NCBI GenBank assembly: GCA_009914755.4
Contig: CP068257.2
Span: 19,680,001 to 19,744,000 of the forward strand
From: the human T2T-CHM13v2.0 reference genome, Homo sapiens
Direction of reading: 5' to 3'
DNA length: 64,000 bases
The notes beneath the pieces are model-generated. The model worked only from the letters and a program-made list of their open reading frames with translations, ran no database searches and was not told the origin of the DNA. The translations under genes were made by a program, and so were the position numbers. Below are positions 57,923-64,000 of the stretch, piece by piece (within the stretch, counting starts at the first letter, position 1; each line of letters begins with the position of its first letter).

Positions 57923-59893
57923 TGCTCTGACACAAAATAATTGTTGAATGGTTAAGTGAGATGATCCATCAATCTCCCAAAAGGCCAAAGGATTTAATGA
58001 CTCTAAAAGTGTTCCATGACACAGTAGAAAGAATAGAAAGTTTTGGAATACTGGCCACCTCAAATATGCTGTGAACTCTAATTGGATTCTAAATTTGACA
58101 ATAAACGTCTAGTCAGGTGAGGCCACAAAAAATAACCTATAAATAATGACACATTATATAATTTCAATTGTTTGACAATTAAAATTGTCAACAAAAACTT
58201 TTAGTTGCAAATAAACTCAAGAAGTGGTTATCACATGGATATTTGATTAAGGGATTTTTGAAAGGACAATAAACTCTAAAAATAACCATATTATAAAAAT
58301 ATTGAAATACCATTTAAATAAGCAATTCTTAAACTGACCTTCTAGAAGGGCAAAGAACATAACATCAAATCAAATTTCAGAGAGTGCGTTTTTGTAAAGG
58401 ATGGAATAATAATGTACAGTCAGACACTTTGTTTTCTAATCATCTTACTTAATTCAGTGATAGAACCTGGAAATACTAGATAGACAGCAAAAATGCTCAT
58501 TAACCTGTCTCAATCAAATATCAGATGTCTTAAATGAATCTTTAGTAGGTGTTGAATCAGAGCCAAGATATAAATGAATTTTCTTTCAGATATTTGTAAT
58601 GCGTTTCTGTAGCACAAAGAGACATGTCCTTTAGAATGTCAGAAACGAAAATAGAAAATGACCTTGGACTTTTAGTGCAAGTATTTGACTCAAATGCATA
58701 TTGTGCATCATTACAGAGCCAGTGATGAACCTGAGAATGGCTTCTAACTTTCCTAGGAATCACACACTTGGGCACAGTGTCTGTTTTTCCAGAATTTATG
58801 TTAATAATTTCAGGTATATTGATAATAACTTTTAAATGCAAACATTTTTACTAATAACATCTATATACACCAATAGTTTTTCACAAGTCAAAGCCATATC
58901 ATGTATAACAGGTAATTACAAGAGAACATGTTTATTTTCAAGCGAAGATCATGTAACTTTAAAATTTACTTTTCAATACTGTGAAATAATTACGTTTCCT
59001 TTATAAAAATGAATAATTTGCTTTGCATTATTAATAATGTATTTTGTTGTTATATTCCAATAAAGTTAATTAAGTACAAGTGCTTAACTCATAGTAAATA
59101 ATAGCTGAAGGAGTACATTTTCTTTACTCAACTGCATGTAAATTTCACTATAACATAATTTGCTTTCTAAAAATATTAGAATATACTGTTTCTGTCCTAG
59201 AAATTTAAGTGACTTTTACGTGAAGTACCATAAATATTTTCTTACATTTGTTCAACTATACTATCACACTATGGGATGAAATCTGAAGTTCCAGCAAGAC
59301 TTTAGTAAAAGCAACTTATTCCAAGAAAATTATGTAGTTCAAATAAGTCATAATTATTTAGGCAATCAGGAACTATTTTTAATACAATATGAAATTTTGC
59401 CAGTAACTTAAAGGATAGAAAGTAGGATGTTGCCATGTAAATATAGAGAGAAAAAAAGGGGAAAAGTGTAAAACACGTCTGTGAAGAGTGTTTATTCAAA
59501 GCACAGGATATTGTGGAGAGTACAAGTAATTCAAAATAATTGGAATTGACAGTATCCAAATTGTAAAGTGTGCTTGGACAGAAAGGTGATACCACATGAG
59601 AGATCTTTAAACATCAGGCTGAGTGATTGGGTTTTGTTTGGAGTCATTGAAATGCTTTTTATCATTATACAGCCAGGGTACAGGAAACCTTCATGAAGCT
59701 ATGAGAATGTAAAAAGTGTGCTTTTTAAAAAAAACTTATTCTTAGCTATACAAGAAATACTTTCTACATCAGGAACAGTTTCTTTTTTCTTTTTGCCAGA
59801 GAAACATGGGAAGTAACATAATGTTATATGTTTGGTCACCATTTTGCACACACAAGCATAAAATCTTTCTTTTTCCTGAATCGATGTAAACAG

Positions 59894-60044
59894 AGCCCGG
59901 ACGGCCGTATCGAAGTCAAAGGGCAGCATGGAAGCTCATCACTGCATATTAAAGATGTGAAGTTGTCAGATTCAGGGAGATATGACTGTGAAGCTGCAAG
60001 CAGAATTGGAGGGCATCAAAAGAGCATGTACCTTGATATTGAAT
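59894..60044 (+). CDS. NCAM2: NCAM2 internal coding exon (C-terminal half of Ig-like domain 4); 151 nt, phase 0 start, ends after 1 nt of a Tyr codon
   Basis: Acceptor: ctttctttttcctgaatcgatgtaaacAG|agcccg with AG at 59892-59893. Donor: attgaaT|GTAAGT with GT at 60045-60046. Translation [50 protein letters not shown](Y) has the 'D-S-G-x-Y-x-C' Ig motif. It shows unusual local CpG retention (cccggacggccgtatcgaag). Confidence 0.87.
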
Positions 60045-61036
60045 GTAAGTTACTTTCCTTTGTATTTTCATTAAAATAACTTTGCATGCTTTGAAACATA
60101 TGATTTTTCAATAAAGACCAAAATATATATGTAGTTCACATTTCAGTACTTAATGCATAGCTTTAGAGGAAATATAGGAATCATTCAGTCAGTTATTGGA
60201 GACATCTAGTGGAAATTACGGGATATTTCACAGTGCTGTATATTTCATCATTTTGATATTGCTTTTCCTGAAAATGGTCTTTCTTTTTTTGCAACATTGA
60301 ACTCAAAACACAGTATCAACTGAAAAATATTAATTATAAGTAATTGGTCGATATCACTTTAGATTTTTTATTTCTTTATAATATTTATGATTATGTCTCA
60401 AATATGTAGTGTTTACATTTCTTATTCAAATTGTTTTGTTAGGCTATTTTACATTTTCATAAACTATAAAGAGTATTTTAAATGCAGTGAAATGTACTAA
60501 TATGCTGTCTTATCAAAATAGTGTTTATTTTCTGTCTGGAAGAAAGGAGCATGACAAGGATAGTTTTTAAAATAAATTTAAAAATGTACATAACCACGTG
60601 AGTTTTGGGAAATGGGAGGGCTAATGTAAGTCAAGCTTTCACAAAACCCCTCTGGTCACTGCATGGAATTTAAAAATAATTTGGTATACATGCTATTTAA
60701 AAAGGAAGAAACTTAACATCATTCTCAATAAATATTTATGAAGCATCAATATTGGAGAGTCTCTGATGCTTGAAAGGACATAGCTGTTCTTAGTGGAATG
60801 TATGAGATATTCTTATTGACAAAATATTTCTATTGGAGCATGTCTAGTACATTAATATTGATAGAATGCAATGGTAACTGTGAAACAAGATGCATTCTCT
60901 TATCGAGAATGCCTTCAAAAAGAAAATATTTTCTCAAGAATAGACATAAGTTATCCATATTATTTTACATTTTATAGACTGTGCTTGTCAAGAAATTCAT
61001 GGAAAGACCAATCAGAAACTTCTAAAAGAAAAAAGC

Positions 61037-61206
61037 ACTGTTGTGGGGTTGGGGGAGAGGGGAGGGATAGCATTAGGAGATATACCTAATGCTAAATGAG
61101 GAGTTACTGGGTGCAGCACACCAGCATGGCACATGTATACATATGTAACTAACCTGCACATTGTGCACATGTACCCTAAAACTTAAAGTATAATAATAAT
61201 AAAAAG
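61037..61206 (+). mobile_element. L1PA-type 3'-terminal stub of about 170 bp, with an A-rich tail to about 61262
   Basis: cactgttgtggggttgggggagaggggagggatagcattaggagatatacctaatgctaaatgaggagttactgggtgcagcacaccagcatggcacatgtatacatatgtaactaacctgcacattgtgcacatgtaccctaaaacttaaagtataataataataaaaagg. ORFs 60871-61089 and 61073-61312 are read through it. Confidence 0.9.
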
Positions 61207-64000
61207 GAAAGAAATTCCCATAATAGGATAAAAAGAAAACAAAAACAAAAACAAAAAAAAAAACACCCACTGATATATTTGTTAAACTATACAATTCCTG
61301 GATCTGTAACAACCTTTTTAAAACTATTCATACAGTTGTTGGAATTTACTAAACTTCGTAACTAAAAGAAAAAAAAAGAAAAAAGGATTATGAAAGGCAG
61401 TCAACAATAAAAGGCAACTTGATTCTGACACAAATTACTGACTTCATTTGCTGATATTAGGCAGCTTCTAAGAAAGCCACTTTATTTCCATCACACTTTC
61501 TAAAAAAATAAAAATGGAAAGCATTGATAATATTGAGAACACACAAAGGAGGAAGTGATACCAATAACTTACTTAACCTTTTTCCCTTAATAATTTTTTC
61601 TACTTTTTTCCATTATTACAGTATATTTCTTTTTCAGACCAACAACATCATTAGCAAATTATAAATACTTTACACTTTTACAGTACATTTGTTATATTTT
61701 TAATTAAAATTTGTTTATTTAAACCAAAATTTACTTTATGATTTTTTTTAATTTTTCTAAATGTGAATCTAAATGAAGAAAAAAAAAACTTAAGCATGCC
61801 AAGATATGATTTATATGAGACCTCCTGGCCTCTTCCACTGTCCTACAAAAGTGCTAGGCTGCTAGGCAACATATTATCTTAATGAAACTATATTTAGGAC
61901 TTTTATTCTTTGCATTTCATTAATATTTTAAAACATTTGCTATATCATAGGATTAGTACTAAATGTCTGTTGCAGGTCCTCAGAAAAGTGGAGTTTATGA
62001 GAAATGAACACTATGGATATTTCCAAAGCACAGTAAGGCAGAGTGGCTCGTACAAGATATGCTAGTATTAGAATAATAGGACTAGCTAATATGTTAATTA
62101 ATAGTGTGTTATGTGTCCCTGAGTCCTCAATTTCCTTAGTTATAAGATAAGAGGGTTTAAAGAAGAGACTGTTGGGACCTATTTATACTCAAGCATTTAA
62201 AGATACTTTTATTCAAGCGTATCCACATTCTCCAGAGATGCCCTGGGATTTCTGAATTATTGTCCATGCATGACAGCATAGGTATTTGTGTGAAACAAAT
62301 GAAAACCGAAATTAAGATTATAATTCATATATGTTTATGTTGTAAAACCTCACTGAAAATAGTTTTAAAAACCATACTAGGTCCACCTTAAGCTTCAGGT
62401 TTTGTGCTGAGTGATAATGGACACAAAGATGAATAAAACATAGCTCCTCCTTTATTAGAAGTCTGCCATCAACAGGAGTTTAAATTAAACCGCAGCATGT
62501 ATTCAGATTTCAAAGTGAGAATGAATAAAATATCAAATTAATGTAAAATGCTAATACATAATTACATGAGATTTTTAGTTATTGGTTTTAGCTGGGTAGA
62601 AAATAATGGGATAAACAAACAACTGTATATTGCAATTTGAATTATTTGCTCTTGTAATCTATTAATACCATGAATTAATAACTTTAATACGAAAAAAGTA
62701 CATTGGGTACTTTATTTTTCAAGGACTGATTTCTAACAAAGTACAAGTTGCTTTTGATCACATTGCATTCCTTCTTTATAAGTTTAAATATTGGTTTATG
62801 TTTCTGCTTAATTATTCCAAGGTAAATGTGCAGACTTAAGCTCACCAGAAAATTATGTAGTTTAGTTTATCTTATTTAAACAGGGATGAAAGGTCTTGTT
62901 TTCTAAAAGGATGTTTTGAGAATTATTTGAGTATCCCCTGAGATTATTATTGCCGCCATCTTGATTAGAGGGTAGCTAGATTAATATACTTTGAAAAAAA
63001 TTTTCTTACTATTAAACTATCATGTAAATATAACTACTTTTTGTTTTCCCTAAGCATTGATTATTTTTCTGCAAATATTGTTGAAAATGAGTTGAATGGC
63101 TCTTATAACACTTGATCATTTTTCCTTTTTTTCCAAAATGAAACATTCAAATTTATTCTACTTGAGTGGGGATAATTAGAAAAATAAATATCATCTCTTG
63201 TTAAGACATTATTCAAATATATTTAAGTACAATAAAAGCCCATATATAATGTAAAATATGAGTTTTGACCTATGTATACACCACTAAATCTATAATAATC
63301 ATCAAGATAAACATTTACATCACCCTCAAGAATTTTCTCAAGTCACTTTAAAATCTATCCCTCCTTTTTACAACTATCCCTAGGCATCCATTTATCTACT
63401 TTTGATCACTACAATTTAGTTTACATTTACATGTAAGAATGTATATACATAGAGTCATGCAGTATTATTTTTAATTTACTTTATTATCTTTGAAATGTAC
63501 TTATTTACTTTTATTTAGTTATAGTTGACAAATAAAAATTGTATATATTTAAGGTGTACAAATGTGATGCTTTTAAAAATTTATCATTAGTATTATTTTT
63601 GATTGGCCAACAATAATTGTATCCATTTATGGGGTACAATGTAATTTTTGTTGTATGTATATAGTGTTAAATGATTCAGTTAAGCTCATTAACATGTCCA
63701 TTACCTCACCTACCTTTTTTATGGTGAGACATTTAAAATTTACTCTTAGTTACTTTGAAAAGCACATTATTGACTGTAGTGATCCAGCTATGCAATAACT
63801 CTCAAAACCTATTTCTCCTGTCTATCTGCCTGTCTACCCTTTGATCAATAATTCCCCATTTCCTTCCTTCCCATGCACCCACCCCAGCCTCTGCTGACAT
63901 CATTTTACTCTGTTTCTGTGAGTTAAACTTTATAAGCTTCCACAGTTAAGGAAGATTATGAGGTAGTTGTCTTTTTGTGTTTGGCTTATTTAACTGAACA

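Overview
The window is human (primate) genomic DNA, not a prokaryotic locus. It is AT-rich (about 64% A+T), CpG-depleted and dense in Alu and L1 elements. The + strand carries four consecutive internal coding exons that I recognise as NCAM2 (neural cell adhesion molecule 2), encoding Ig-like domains 3 and 4. Exons are at 10271-10388, 21537-21697, 24421-24566 and 59894-60044. All four have canonical AG/GT boundaries and one continuous reading frame: ...[192 protein letters not shown](Y). Introns between them are 11,148, 2,723 and 35,327 bp. The other ~63.4 kb is intronic. It contains at least 20 Alu copies, one full-length old L1 with target-site duplications, one twin-primed (5'-inverted) L1, several 45-170 bp L1 3' stubs, an antisense L1M ORF2 fragment, a Tigger-like DNA transposon with a nested Alu, MIR and other ancient repeats, and several micro/minisatellites. 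I found no rRNA, tRNA or ncRNA gene. CRISPR, operons or defence systems are not expected in this kind of sequence. Every six-frame ORF other than the four exons is repeat-derived (Alu, L1 ORF2 remnants, purine tracts) or chance, so I see no undescribed biological system here. The observations worth a second look are structural. First, a decayed partial copy of the third exon (its acceptor plus about 65 nt) lies 2.7 kb downstream in the intron. Second, a perfect 34-bp palindrome is embedded in a nested L1-stub/Alu insertion site. Third, one L1 has a textbook twin-priming junction. Fourth, the full-length L1 carries two internal segmental duplications. Fifth, a tail-to-tail inverted Alu pair flanks a G-quadruplex-capable purine tract. 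Sixth, there are two candidate recursive-splice-site motifs in the 35-kb intron. All coordinates are read by eye and may be off by a few bases at repeat edges.
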